Notes: generated by a model not told the origin, from the sequence alone. A stretch of 64,000 nt of DNA from a virus (IMGVR_UViG_3300042858_000011:24010-88009), one strand, 5' to 3'. Numbered from the stretch's first letter, positions 20,983-31,972 are shown. A program made the numbers and translations.

Positions 20983-22623
20983 ATGGCTTCATTGCAAGCA
21001 AGTGATCTAGTAATAGCTTACAATGTTGGGAAAATACTTAAAAATGTCAAAATATACACTAGTAAACAAGAAGTTGCTCTTACAGATGATGTAGATATAT
21101 TAGATGTATTACTTGAACAAACATCTAGTAATGCAACAGTACATATAAAAAATGTAGCCATAGGTAAAACCAGTATACCCGTTTCTGATATTAGAGTAGA
21201 GGTAGAAGGTAATGTAAATAGAGTTGTTACATTTAAAGACGAAAAACAAGTTAAGGAAATACAAACAAAGCTAGCAGATTCAATTAACCAAAATCCAAAC
21301 GGTAAAATTAAAATGATTTTTAAGGAAGCAGAAAGAAAAGTCGAAGTGTATTATAACGATCAACTTATATCAGAGGGTAGATTAATATCACTAAATCCAG
21401 TTAACTTAGTTAGCAAAGGAACTGCTGTTAAAGAGTTTGCTCAGGAATTTGATTTTAGCGAACAACAATTAAACGAAGGTAGTGGAATAGTAGCTATAAA
21501 GAAGGAAGATCAAAGTGTTATATTGATGTTTGATGATGGTGAAGAAGTAAAAGTTGATAGGACAATCTTTGAGTTCATGAAACCAATAATAACTGCCGTA
21601 AAACAAGAACAAACAGGAAATCAAAATAATACCATATCAAATCGTGGTGCACTAAAGCTTCCTGTGGTTGTGTTCAAAGTGGTTATAACTAATCTCTTTA
21701 GAGTTCTACGAGCTGTTATAACCAATAAATTCCTACTAGTGTTTCTGCTTGGTGCAGGTTTAAGTATAATACTACTTAAATTTGTCATTCCTTATATTAC
21801 TTCAATTCAAGGAGTTGATCAAGTTTTAGGAAAAGTTTCATCTACATTCAAATCTATTATTAATCATCTTGGTATTGGAAAGGGAATTGAAGAGACAACA
21901 ACATCAGCAACAACAGATGTTATACATGGTCAGCAATCAATGCAACTTACACCACCTGCTGATACTACAACTCAAACATCTCAAGTAAGTGAATCAGCTA
22001 TACTTCCAAGAATAGCTATTGGTGCTGGTATAGGATTAGTTATAGCCTTTGCAATAAGAAAGTTGCTTAATAGTAAAAACAATTTAAAACAGGAATCTAT
22101 TGAGCAAATAGTTGAAAAAGAGTTTACTATTCCTTCAGCAGTTATTCCAGATTTTAATACTGTTGCAAGTTCTAATCCGAATTTAGCCTTAGTTATAAGT
22201 GTACTCTGTTTGTATTCAATCCTCTGGATCGGATACTACATACTTGATAAATTTGGACAAGGTTTCCTATCAGGTATTTTATCGATTTTAAGTATATTAT
22301 CATTTATTGGTTTTATGGTAATTATAGCTTACGCAATGTCTGGTGGAAAGCTAGACACTACTAATACCTTTCTTGCGATAGTAAAAACTGGCTATCAGGT
22401 TGTGAAATTTATATTCAGTGGTGTTGCTTATTTATTTCAGAATTTCGGGCAATTACCAGGGCTTATACAATTTATAGCGATATTTTCAACAGGAGTATTT
22501 CTACTTGTTGCTTTCACACGTATAAGATCAATGCTAACAGGTGGTAATGCTATCACTATGGTAAACAGAGTTAGACAAGGACCAACGGCTCAAGATGCAG
22601 CTCTAGCTTATCGTGCAGCATAA
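20983..22623 (+). CDS. multi-pass membrane protein, probable virion/internal protein; paralog of 6162..7763
   Basis: At least five hydrophobic segments; shared N-domain; AGC-class motif. Confidence 0.7.
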   Translation: MASLQASDLVIAYNVGKILKNVKIYTSKQEVALTDDVDILDVLLEQTSSNATVHIKNVAIGKTSIPVSDIRVEVEGNVNRVVTFKDEKQVKEIQTKLADSINQNPNGKIKMIFKEAERKVEVYYNDQLISEGRLISLNPVNLVSKGTAVKEFAQEFDFSEQQLNEGSGIVAIKKEDQSVILMFDDGEEVKVDRTIFEFMKPIITAVKQEQTGNQNNTISNRGALKLPVVVFKVVITNLFRVLRAVITNKFLLVFLLGAGLSIILLKFVIPYITSIQGVDQVLGKVSSTFKSIINHLGIGKGIEETTTSATTDVIHGQQSMQLTPPADTTTQTSQVSESAILPRIAIGAGIGLVIAFAIRKLLNSKNNLKQESIEQIVEKEFTIPSAVIPDFNTVASSNPNLALVISVLCLYSILWIGYYILDKFGQGFLSGILSILSILSFIGFMVIIAYAMSGGKLDTTNTFLAIVKTGYQVVKFIFSGVAYLFQNFGQLPGLIQFIAIFSTGVFLLVAFTRIRSMLTGGNAITMVNRVRQGPTAQDAALAYRAA

Positions 22624-22647
22624 TATTTTTTTGTTAGCATCAGCTAA

Positions 22648-23469
22648 ATGGAGAAAAAAGCGAAAGCTTTGCAATTCATAGCCTATCTAACAGAGCTTAC
22701 AAGATACTATCCTTATAGATTTGCTTTGATATATAATCCTCTACTTAAAAAATATATTGAAGATTATTTTCGAAAAACAAAAATCGGCACAGAATTTGTA
22801 GAAGCAAGAGGAAATATTTTAGTTAGTAAAACAGGTATCTTAACACCATACTACTTTAAAAACAATTATTTGCTTTGCCCTATATTCTCTAATATAAGTT
22901 TTGCATTTGATGATAAGAGTTTGCAAACTATAGATATGTTGACTCATGCTGGAAACTATCAATTACCATATCTAACTAACTTAGCAGGAACTATATCTAT
23001 CTCATATCTTGAAATGATGAACCCTATTGTATCAAAAATACATAGCTTATGGTTTTCTTTTGTTCAGCAGGCAAGTTATGACTCCTATAGTGCTCTTGAA
23101 ATTCCTTATGGACATATATTTATATTTACAACAACTCCAGATTTAAAATCTCCTTTATCAGGTATACTTTTGTTGGGAGCTATTCCAAGCAGAGATCCTA
23201 TAACTAACATACTGCAAGGCAATATAGCAGATAACACATTAGTTGAGGTGCAAGTTGAGTATATATATAGAAGTTATCGTAGGTTTTATATATCTGATCA
23301 AGTTATCTCTACTATATATGATCCAGTTAATCAAGTAATTGATGAAAACGTAGCAAATACTACTGTTTACAAATCTATATATGCAATCAAAAAATTAATT
23401 GATGCTTTTATACTAACAGATGATATTTTCTGGTTAGGAGCTCTTACCAATACCTCCAACGCTCAGTAA
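22648..23469 (+). CDS. tail tube-like protein (paralog of 54563..55222)
   Basis: GTISISYLE...TPDL...GAIPS...GNIADNTLVEVQVEY aligns by eye with GTITLQFLE...IPDL...NVYPE...GDVSATDLSQFSVSF. Confidence 0.65.
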   Translation: MEKKAKALQFIAYLTELTRYYPYRFALIYNPLLKKYIEDYFRKTKIGTEFVEARGNILVSKTGILTPYYFKNNYLLCPIFSNISFAFDDKSLQTIDMLTHAGNYQLPYLTNLAGTISISYLEMMNPIVSKIHSLWFSFVQQASYDSYSALEIPYGHIFIFTTTPDLKSPLSGILLLGAIPSRDPITNILQGNIADNTLVEVQVEYIYRSYRRFYISDQVISTIYDPVNQVIDENVANTTVYKSIYAIKKLIDAFILTDDIFWLGALTNTSNAQ

Positions 23470-24076
23470 TAACATTTTTGTAAATTTGTCCGTACTTGTA
23501 TATTTTTTGTGAGTAACTGTAATTTATGTCACATGCATGTCTGTATTGTTTGCAACCATGTTCAGTTCTCCAAACACAAACTTTACCTCTGCATTTAGTG
23601 TATCCATAGTTCTTGCAATTTATACATTGATCATAACAAACACTGTGATCAAAAGATTTAGCTCTTTTGCATTCAATTAATGGCCAATTACCACCATTAT
23701 ACATTTGCATCGTTAACCATAATCTTTTCTCTCTGCTTTCTGTGGCACTTGGATTTTTAACATGCAAGATATTAAACAAATAATGTATACCTGCTTGTAT
23801 GTTTCCTGTATAGCTATAAATGTTATATTGAGTTATAACTTCTTTTGGTATAAGGTTTGGAGTTAATTGCATAAAACCAATAGAACCAAGTCCGTCTAGA
23901 GATGTTCTCCATTTACATCCTGTTTCCGCTTGAATTAAACCAAGTACGTACCACCAAGGAGCATCATCAGCTACCATAATCTTTGTGTAATATTGAACAT
24001 GTCTAGCTAGAGATCTACAATCATTTGCATAGGAAATATTTATGAGTGTGAATATTAGTAAAAACAATGTTAGCAT
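23444..24076 (-). CDS. lytic transglycosylase (SLT-type endolysin) with N-terminal signal peptide
   Basis: Hydrophobic N-terminus; IQAETG, SIGFMQL, MYNGG motifs. Confidence 0.85.
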   Translation of the reverse strand: MLTLFLLIFTLINISYANDCRSLARHVQYYTKIMVADDAPWWYVLGLIQAETGCKWRTSLDGLGSIGFMQLTPNLIPKEVITQYNIYSYTGNIQAGIHYLFNILHVKNPSATESREKRLWLTMQMYNGGNWPLIECKRAKSFDHSVCYDQCINCKNYGYTKCRGKVCVWRTEHGCKQYRHACDINYSYSQKIYKYGQIYKNVITERWRYW

Positions 24077-24564
24077 GTTTTTTGATTGCTATTAATGTTT
24101 AGCATACAAGATAACACTTGTTTGAAATTATTTAAAGATATTAGCCCACAATCATCAAATAGAGTTACATATTCACTAACATTAATATACATCATATTGC
24201 AAACAACATATATTGGACTTCTATTACCCGCTATCACTAGAAACATCTTTTTGTCTTTATGTTTTGAAATGTATTGATTGTACAATCTTCTTATTAATGA
24301 CTTTTGTTTAATGGGATTATGAAATTGTTTCCATTTCTTGCATTCAATAACTATATCCACAAGTTCAGGAAATATCTGATAATATAATCCAAAATCAATA
24401 TCACCTTTATCTGTTTTGCTAGAACCTGACGATCTTGATCTCTTAACTTTTAGTTGATCATCGTTAGGTTTTATTTTGCTCCATTCTTCTAACCAATTTT
24501 GTAGTATGTTTGCAATCTTGTCTTCAAACTTTTTACCTTTTTGTTTTCTATTGCTATACTTCAT
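24070..24564 (-). CDS. Holliday junction resolvase-like PD-(D/E)XK nuclease
   Basis: KQKGKKFE...SGS...GDI...IECK pattern. Confidence 0.75.
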   Translation of the reverse strand: MKYSNRKQKGKKFEDKIANILQNWLEEWSKIKPNDDQLKVKRSRSSGSSKTDKGDIDFGLYYQIFPELVDIVIECKKWKQFHNPIKQKSLIRRLYNQYISKHKDKKMFLVIAGNRSPIYVVCNMMYINVSEYVTLFDDCGLISLNNFKQVLSCMLNINSNQKTC

Positions 24565-24594
24565 TTTAGCGCTTAGCTTCAGCGGGTTAATAAG

Positions 24595-26793
24595 ATGCAA
24601 GAGAACACTCTTGTTAGTTTATATAATTATCTTGCATTTGGATTTTCAAATGAAAATATTAACAATAGTCCAGATACTCTCATTGAAAGAAGTGTTTTTG
24701 GAATTAAAGATACTAAACTACATGAATACAATAAAACATTACTCGCATTAGTTGATTGTATACCTGGCTTTCATATAGCTACATGTTACTTCAATAACCA
24801 ACTACCTAATTTACATACTGATTACAAATTTGATAGGTTATATCTATATAGGTTTTTGTTTGATGATATGACAACAATAGCTAAAAATCTAGAACAAACT
24901 CTAGATATTAGTTATGCTAATAATTACGTTGTATTACGATATCAAAATAGTGAACTAATACCTGGCAATCTGTATTTTAGTAACTATCCTCAGATAAAAA
25001 ATTTACATTACGTTGTTGAAAAGGGAGTAGACTACTATCAGCTAGAAGCAAATAAACCTTTTGTCTACTTTTTATTGTTAACTCAAGACTTTCTCAACAA
25101 ACAACAAGTACAAGCAACTGATAAATTCTACATATATTTATTTGGCTTAGCGAACTCAAGTTATTTGGAACACGAGACATCAATATCAATAGATGATGTA
25201 TTTAAACAAAACTACATAAGGAATTTGTATGGGTTTGTTACTCCATACTATATCAAAACTGTTGATACCAATTTACTATTTGATAATAATCAGGTTAAAA
25301 TTAGAGCACAAGTTTATCGTCACAGAGAATTCTTTAATCCTTATAATGATATCATATCAGAGAAATTTAAAAAGCAGTTAGAGCGCCCTATATTGCTAGC
25401 TAATCTTTACATCAATTTTATGGATAATCAAAATCTGAACAAAGATTTATATAACATACAATCATTTCTTGCTACAATAACTCGATTTGCATCCATTTAT
25501 CCAAGAGGTATGCACGTAGATACATATGATACTATATTTGACAATAGAAATAGTTTGTTCGGTGGTAATATTGTTTTACGTAATGCCAAAGCTAACGGTA
25601 TAGATATAAACGTTTATGCTATCAAACTACCTAATAATTTTGAACTGGATAGACAATTACATTATTTTTCCTTAGCATTCTACGAATTTGAAGAAATACC
25701 TCTAAGCAAAATCTATTCAAACTACATTGATGATTTGGTTTATGATTTTGATAGTTTTAAAGTTGAATATAATTTACCAGAGAACATACAAAATTTATGT
25801 ACAGCTACTATAAGAGAAGGAAACAAAACCTTAACAGGTATATGGAAATACAGCTATCTGGGAACAAAAAGACGGAAACATTTCATAAGTCCAATTAGTG
25901 TACTATCATACAATATTGAGTTAGAAGATACTCTGGAACAAAAAATCATAACTCTATATGAGTTCGACATATGTCCGCAAACAAGATATAGGATTATAGA
26001 TGCTGATTTACCATTTGAGGAAGAAATAAAATATGATGATTTAACATTTTTATTGCTACGTATTGGACCTGGTTTGTATCAAATTATGAGCAATGAAGTT
26101 CTAAACAGAATCAATATTAGCTGCGATACAGAGTATGGAGATATTTTAGTCAGAGAGCTAACATATATATATAAGCCAACTATTAAAGCATTGCTAGAAG
26201 GTAAAGTCAGTTTTCATATACATCATATCCCGACAAACAGATACTATGAGATAGATTTTAAACTGAATTTAGCTTTACCTTTTACCTCTGAGTATATTGT
26301 TAGAGAAATGTTCGATCGTACAATAGAAGAATTGTTTATAACACCGGCTATAACAAGTGATAGCTTACAAACAAATAAGTTTATGCTCGTAAACTATTAT
26401 AATGCATCGAGCTTGACCGAACCAAGAGAACCAAGAGAACCAAGAGATACATGTCCAAATACCTATGTATGTTCTACATCGGATACCAGTTTAGCTTTTG
26501 CTCGTCTACAAGACACATGTCCAAATACCTATGTTTGTTCTACATCAGATACCAGTTTAGCTTTTACTCATCTACCATACATTCTATGTTTAAGAGGTGA
26601 AACCATATGCTATCATATTTGTAAAAATGCATTTGATATACAACAGTTAGAAAATATGTTAAAAGATAATCTGTTAGTTTACATACATGAATCGTATAGA
26701 CTTGTATCATCTGCTATGCTATTACCATACACAGATACAGAGATAAGAGACTTACAAATAAACCACAATACCTATTATGCAGTCAGAATGTAA
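24595..26793 (+). CDS. large hypothetical protein, probable baseplate/virion protein
   Basis: 732 aa, AGC-class motif, C-terminal tandem repeats. Confidence 0.5.
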   Translation: MQENTLVSLYNYLAFGFSNENINNSPDTLIERSVFGIKDTKLHEYNKTLLALVDCIPGFHIATCYFNNQLPNLHTDYKFDRLYLYRFLFDDMTTIAKNLEQTLDISYANNYVVLRYQNSELIPGNLYFSNYPQIKNLHYVVEKGVDYYQLEANKPFVYFLLLTQDFLNKQQVQATDKFYIYLFGLANSSYLEHETSISIDDVFKQNYIRNLYGFVTPYYIKTVDTNLLFDNNQVKIRAQVYRHREFFNPYNDIISEKFKKQLERPILLANLYINFMDNQNLNKDLYNIQSFLATITRFASIYPRGMHVDTYDTIFDNRNSLFGGNIVLRNAKANGIDINVYAIKLPNNFELDRQLHYFSLAFYEFEEIPLSKIYSNYIDDLVYDFDSFKVEYNLPENIQNLCTATIREGNKTLTGIWKYSYLGTKRRKHFISPISVLSYNIELEDTLEQKIITLYEFDICPQTRYRIIDADLPFEEEIKYDDLTFLLLRIGPGLYQIMSNEVLNRINISCDTEYGDILVRELTYIYKPTIKALLEGKVSFHIHHIPTNRYYEIDFKLNLALPFTSEYIVREMFDRTIEELFITPAITSDSLQTNKFMLVNYYNASSLTEPREPREPRDTCPNTYVCSTSDTSLAFARLQDTCPNTYVCSTSDTSLAFTHLPYILCLRGETICYHICKNAFDIQQLENMLKDNLLVYIHESYRLVSSAMLLPYTDTEIRDLQINHNTYYAVRM
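26419..26575 (+). repeat. in-frame tandem repeats: 3 x 9 bp (EPR) then 2 x 66 bp (DTCPNTYVCSTSDTSLAF)
   Basis: Read directly from sequence. Confidence 0.9.
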
Positions 26794-26826
26794 TATTTTT
26801 TTATTTGAAAAGCGATTTCAAATCTA

Positions 26827-27378
26827 ATGAAAATTTTCTGCCCAGAGAATTTCATTAAGATAGGAACAAACTTTTACTTGGATAATAACTCTAACCTATT
26901 GCATATAGCAAATGCAGAGATCATACAGCTAGGTAATTTACTTTATCTCTCAGGTAGTATTCCTGTTGAAGTTAGGTATAATGTTTTTGAGATAGTAGAT
27001 TATGAGATAAAGTTTATCAAAACTAAGTTTTATAAACTTAAGTTATCAAACAATTTGGAAACATATATCAACTATATGAACAAAGATATTGATAAACTAA
27101 AACTAATACCTGTTGTTAATATAAATAGAAATCAAAAAATTAGAACAAATACAATGCATACAAAGATAGATAATATAGCAAAGTATAGAAGTTTGTTAAA
27201 TCAGGGTTTATTAACTTATGTGGGACAAAACTATATAAGCACTAAACCAGATAACTACTTGATTGAGGATGATGGTGTTTATGTAAAAGTAGTTAGTAAG
27301 GAAGTAGTTGAATTTCCGTTTATTATTGAATTCAGTAAAGATATAAGTTTGATTGATTGTCTCTACTATTTACAGTAA
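26827..27378 (+). CDS. hypothetical protein (weak Hint-like pattern)
   Basis: 183-aa ORF; AGC 16 nt upstream. Confidence 0.55.
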   Translation: MKIFCPENFIKIGTNFYLDNNSNLLHIANAEIIQLGNLLYLSGSIPVEVRYNVFEIVDYEIKFIKTKFYKLKLSNNLETYINYMNKDIDKLKLIPVVNINRNQKIRTNTMHTKIDNIAKYRSLLNQGLLTYVGQNYISTKPDNYLIEDDGVYVKVVSKEVVEFPFIIEFSKDISLIDCLYYLQ

Positions 27379-27387
27379 ACAAAAAAA

Positions 27388-28722
27388 TCAGAATAATTTG
27401 TATGGATCTCTATCAGCTTTAATGTTTATTATACTTTCGTATTTAATCCAAAGTGAATTCTTGGGAATAAAGACTATATCATTTCTATCAAACACAAAAT
27501 CAGATATAAATATCATAACATCATTATCATTCATTTTATCCTTTAAATGACTTAACACTTTTTTGGGACTTGTTCCGCCTCTTCCACGAACTTCAATATT
27601 TTCAAAATCTTTTTTGCTTCTTAATATCACTGGACCATAAAAGTCTACATCAAAGTAGTATACTTTTATTCTGCTCATCTTGATTAATTTTGAGAATTTA
27701 CCAAACACATCCTCGAGAAATTCTGTTGGAATTGATCCGGATGTATCTATTACTGCATAAAGATATCTGGGATAACCTTTATACATAAATTTTGTTCCCA
27801 ATAGATCAGGATTTAGTTTATTGATCTTCATAGGAGTTCTTCTCACATCATAAATTTTTTTACCATATAAATCATAATCTCTAGCAAATTTTTCAAGATA
27901 TTTCCTCCAGTCGAATTGTGAATGTTCTTTTGCTTTGACCAATTCTACAAAATTTCCTCGGTTAGTTCCTACATCTTTAATGCTTTCCAATACTCTATTA
28001 ATCAAAATGAGTCTCATATCATCTGTTATATCCGGAGCATCTTGTATCAATTCACCATCTATCATATTGTTAAAATCAAGTGTCATATAATTATAATGTT
28101 GTATATTATTTTCTTGTTTAACAGAACATGTATTGCAATTGCTTTCGCTATTTATAGATGTCCCTTTATCTTCTTTTTGTTGCATTCTTTTGTATATTTC
28201 ATATGCTAATTGTTCTATTGTCATTGCTAAAGCATCTTCTATTCTAATACCAAATAGTTCTTCAATGTCATTTAGGAATATATCTTTCTTCAGAAAATCT
28301 CCCAAATCTGAAGATTTGCCTAGTTTAAACATTTTTTTGATATCTTCAATTTTTTCATTTTTGTTAGCATAAATTTTTGTAGTGGTAAATTTATCAATCT
28401 TATATGCTAACTGATATATGATCTCATTAATAAATGCATTAGCGGCCATGTTGTAAATATCAGGTGGAATAATTTCTTTAACATTGTTATATCTCTTTAT
28501 ATGGTTGAAGATTATATGCATTGCTCCATGAACTAGATATTTTAATAATGTAGATTCATCCTTTATTACATTTCTATTTACAATGATACAATCATCCTTT
28601 ACTATTATGGGAACACCAGATAATGATGCTTCTGCAATCTTTATGAATTGTAACATATGTCTGATTTCAATCGGAATCTGATTCATTAAATAAATCTTTC
28701 TTACTGCGTTTCTGATATCCAT
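27388..28722 (-). CDS. metallopeptidase-like + vWA domain protein (DUF2201-like MoxR partner)
   Basis: Degenerate zincin YLVHGAMHI...HIKR; MIDAS IDTSGS, GRGGT, FISD. Confidence 0.85.
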   Translation of the reverse strand: MDIRNAVRKIYLMNQIPIEIRHMLQFIKIAEASLSGVPIIVKDDCIIVNRNVIKDESTLLKYLVHGAMHIIFNHIKRYNNVKEIIPPDIYNMAANAFINEIIYQLAYKIDKFTTTKIYANKNEKIEDIKKMFKLGKSSDLGDFLKKDIFLNDIEELFGIRIEDALAMTIEQLAYEIYKRMQQKEDKGTSINSESNCNTCSVKQENNIQHYNYMTLDFNNMIDGELIQDAPDITDDMRLILINRVLESIKDVGTNRGNFVELVKAKEHSQFDWRKYLEKFARDYDLYGKKIYDVRRTPMKINKLNPDLLGTKFMYKGYPRYLYAVIDTSGSIPTEFLEDVFGKFSKLIKMSRIKVYYFDVDFYGPVILRSKKDFENIEVRGRGGTSPKKVLSHLKDKMNDNDVMIFISDFVFDRNDIVFIPKNSLWIKYESIINIKADRDPYKLF

Positions 28723-28773
28723 GACATTAAATTTAGATTAGTTGTTTCTAGCATCCACTCTAAATTTATAATC

Positions 28774-30453
28774 ATGCTTGGTTTGCTAGAGTTATTGAAA
28801 CCATCAACATATGTGATTGAAGTATCATTCTTCTGTGCATTACAAAATAAAAAGATGCTAGATTTAATCAAAAACATTCTACCCTATTGGAGTATGCTTG
28901 CAACTGAGGAGCAAAAACCTTTATTATCAATGTTAAATACATTTGTGAATAAGGGTATACCAGAACATGATTTCAAACTATCACAGCCATTGGAGTTTTA
29001 TTACAAACTATTTGATGTAGCAAATCTCGATGAATTGCAATCAACAATATTGGATAGGTTATATAAAATACAATTTATTGCTAAGGTATATGAGAAGATT
29101 CAACTACTCCAGCATCCAATACATGACTATAATAAAGTTGAAATGCTTGTTAGTGAATTGTTATCTGATCTTAATGAAGTTAGAGATAAAGAGCTAACAG
29201 AGAAAATCTTCAATGCAAAAGATTTATTAAATGTAACAGAAATATCTGATTTGAAATTGGTTAGTTTGATACCAGAGCTAGATTTAGTATTAGGAGGATT
29301 TTATGTTAATAATCTTTATCTGTTTGCCGCAGGATTGGGACAGGGTAAATCATTTACATTACTTAACATGGCAGTAGGATTTTCAGTTTTCCTAAAAGCA
29401 TTTGAAAACTACTATAAAGATTGGTATGGTAAAAAACCAGTTGTTTTATACATATCACTGGAAAATACTAGCGTTCAGATCAGGAACAGATTATACACAT
29501 TACTAAATGATTGCACATTAACAATACCAAAAGAAAAAAATACTCCTTTGAAACAATTATTCCAAGCTGTGGATAACTTCTATATTATATCTTTATCAGA
29601 TGAGATAGTGGATTATGTTTACATAGAGAATATTGTGTTGTCGATGCAATCAAAAAATATGCATCCAGTTGTCATTGTGTTAGATTATATGGATGAGTTA
29701 TATGCTCCTGCTAACATAAGTGAACATAGACATAAGTTAGGTTATAATGCTAGAATGTTAAGAAAGATAGCTATGAATCACAATCTACTAGTTGTATCAG
29801 CTACACAGATAAACAGAAAAGGCATTGAAGAAGGTAATATATCCATTACACATTTATCAGAATCGATAGAGCATGGTAAAGTAACAGATGCATTGATTGG
29901 TTTGGTTCCGGTAACAATAAACAAAGGTTATGTTATTACAAATCAACCTTTAACCAGAGATATTATTAAAAGCAGTCTAGACAACAAAGCAGATGCAATT
30001 GGAATGATAAATAGCATGTATCTCAAAGTATTAAAAAATAGACCAAATCTATTAACAGGATTTGGGTATGCAATTAGTAATCAAAGTTTAACAGGATTTA
30101 GATCTCTCATATATGGATTGAATTATGAAATCTCAATCTATCTTGTTCCAAGTTTACATTCATATTTAGGAGATGATTATATAACTACAAACTATGATAT
30201 ATTGCATAGCAGTGTTACAAATAGAATAGCACCATTCGTAAAAAATCTTGATGTTAAGGATTACAGTAAATATCAATACGGATTAGAGTTAATATCAAAT
30301 CTACTTGGTATTGATATAAAACAAATAAATGTAAATAATGAAAACATAGAAAATGACTTTGTAGTAAGTAATATCAATCAAAACATAGATGCACTTGATA
30401 TCATAGATGATTTTGAAGCATTCGAACAAAAAAGTTTAGATTTAGATATATAG
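28774..30453 (+). CDS. DnaB-like replicative helicase
   Basis: AAGLGQGKS Walker A, YISLEN, LDYMDEL, SATQINR, LKNR. Confidence 0.88.
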   Translation: MLGLLELLKPSTYVIEVSFFCALQNKKMLDLIKNILPYWSMLATEEQKPLLSMLNTFVNKGIPEHDFKLSQPLEFYYKLFDVANLDELQSTILDRLYKIQFIAKVYEKIQLLQHPIHDYNKVEMLVSELLSDLNEVRDKELTEKIFNAKDLLNVTEISDLKLVSLIPELDLVLGGFYVNNLYLFAAGLGQGKSFTLLNMAVGFSVFLKAFENYYKDWYGKKPVVLYISLENTSVQIRNRLYTLLNDCTLTIPKEKNTPLKQLFQAVDNFYIISLSDEIVDYVYIENIVLSMQSKNMHPVVIVLDYMDELYAPANISEHRHKLGYNARMLRKIAMNHNLLVVSATQINRKGIEEGNISITHLSESIEHGKVTDALIGLVPVTINKGYVITNQPLTRDIIKSSLDNKADAIGMINSMYLKVLKNRPNLLTGFGYAISNQSLTGFRSLIYGLNYEISIYLVPSLHSYLGDDYITTNYDILHSSVTNRIAPFVKNLDVKDYSKYQYGLELISNLLGIDIKQINVNNENIENDFVVSNINQNIDALDIIDDFEAFEQKSLDLDI

Positions 30454-30555
30454 TTTTTTTGCTATGGAATTATAAAATGTCATAGGAAAAAAGAAAGTTC
30501 AAGCAAAGATTTCACATAGCTTGAAAAGGCTTAAGTTAAGCTTAAATTCATAGAC

Positions 30556-31302
30556 ATGGATACTCTGGAAATTATAGGACAAAGGCTAAAACAAGCACGA
30601 GAAACTGTAGGCTACACGCCAGAAGAGGTCTCACAAAAGCTTGGAATTAGCACGGATGAAATTTTGCTTTTTGAAAGCGGAAGGAAAAGCCCGCCACTTA
30701 GCCTTTTGAGAAAACTTGCCAAACTCTATGGAGTCTTTGATAGCTACTTCTATGGGATAGATAAACCCGAAGGAACCGCCTTTACCCTACTTCTTGATAA
30801 AGCCAAAAAACTCTCTTTTCCTCCTGAAACCATAAGCCAGCTTCACCGCTTTGTTTTTCTGTGTAGGGAGATAGTAAAGCTTAGGCAAAAGCTTGGCATT
30901 CCAAAGCCTGAAATTCCTCGCCATATAGATAACCAAGAGAACTTGGGAGAACTCTTGGAGAATATGGGTATCCCAGTAATCAGGATGTCCTTAGGCAAAG
31001 AACTTTCTTCCGCCATGGTTTGTGATAAAAGGTTTGGTGCGTTTATCCTCGTGAATTCCGATTGTCCTGACCAAAACCAGCTTATTGCCCATGAGTATGC
31101 CCGCATCCTTCAGGGAGAAAAAATTCATCTAAATGCTAAAGATTGCCCAAAAGCCATGCCACTACAAAGCAGAACTTCACGACCTGTGTCCAAGGTTCTT
31201 TGGGAACTTGTTTTGACTGCGGTAAAACACGGACTGATAAGCACCAGTTATGCATCCGATTTGCTTGAAATAAGTCCTATGGAAATTGAAGAGTTTTCAT
31301 AA
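30556..31302 (+). CDS. Xre HTH regulator fused to degenerate ImmA/IrrE-type peptidase domain
   Basis: IGQRLKQARE...FESGRKSP HTH; LIAHEYARIL (second His of HExxH lost); GC-richer than core. Confidence 0.8.
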   Translation: MDTLEIIGQRLKQARETVGYTPEEVSQKLGISTDEILLFESGRKSPPLSLLRKLAKLYGVFDSYFYGIDKPEGTAFTLLLDKAKKLSFPPETISQLHRFVFLCREIVKLRQKLGIPKPEIPRHIDNQENLGELLENMGIPVIRMSLGKELSSAMVCDKRFGAFILVNSDCPDQNQLIAHEYARILQGEKIHLNAKDCPKAMPLQSRTSRPVSKVLWELVLTAVKHGLISTSYASDLLEISPMEIEEFS

Positions 31303-31339
31303 AGCCCGCACGGGCTTCTTATTGGTGCGGGCAATTTTT
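31302..31339 (+). terminator. intrinsic (hairpin) terminator
   Basis: gcccgcac...gtgcgggc stem followed by aattttt immediately after stop. Confidence 0.6.
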
Positions 31340-31492
31340 CCTGATGAATTTTGATAAGACTGTAAGCTGATGGTAAGCTGTTAGTTCTATAGCATCGCCC
31401 TCCAGATCTATCACCCTAACTGGTCCCGTCCCCTCCCTCTCAATGAAAAAAAAGGGAGGGCGGAGAGGGTTTGTTCTATGTTTCTGGTCTCA

Positions 31493-31939
31493 TCAGTCTT
31501 CATAGTAGACTCTGTAGTTATCATCCTCCTGATAACTCCTTAGCAGGCTTTCTGCTTCGTCCTTTGTCAACAGTTCTGCATATTCTCCCTCTTTCAAGGT
31601 TGACAGTTTTCCGATAGGTTTGCCCTTGTCAAAGATTACCACGTATCTCAACTCACTCGCGCTAAAAGCATCACGGGTATTCTCATGGGTCGCCAAGTAG
31701 ATGTGTGGAGTAATCTGATACAACCGAATGATGTCGTGATACCATCCGCCATCATTATGGCGTACATTACCAAATCTCCTCCAGCAATCACACCTCTCGT
31801 AGATCGTAACGATAGGCGTTAGACTGTTCAAAGATTCCATCCACTGCTCTTCCGTATGATACACGTATAAGCTAATGTCTCCAAGGCGGGAACTCCACCA
31901 GAGTTCCCTATCGTCTGGGTAGTATGCGGTTTGTTGCAT
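31493..31939 (-). CDS. hypothetical protein, accessory island
   Basis: Strong SD aggaggt upstream; GC-richer. Confidence 0.8.
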   Translation of the reverse strand: MQQTAYYPDDRELWWSSRLGDISLYVYHTEEQWMESLNSLTPIVTIYERCDCWRRFGNVRHNDGGWYHDIIRLYQITPHIYLATHENTRDAFSASELRYVVIFDKGKPIGKLSTLKEGEYAELLTKDEAESLLRSYQEDDNYRVYYED

Positions 31940-31972
31940 GTTTATTACCTCCTGTGGGTTTTATTTGTTTAT

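Noticed and set aside
26755-26793. INHN-T near the end of the 732-aa ORF as intein C-terminus
   Set aside because: Only 7 residues follow, they are not recognisably beta'-like, and no Hint blocks are evident upstream
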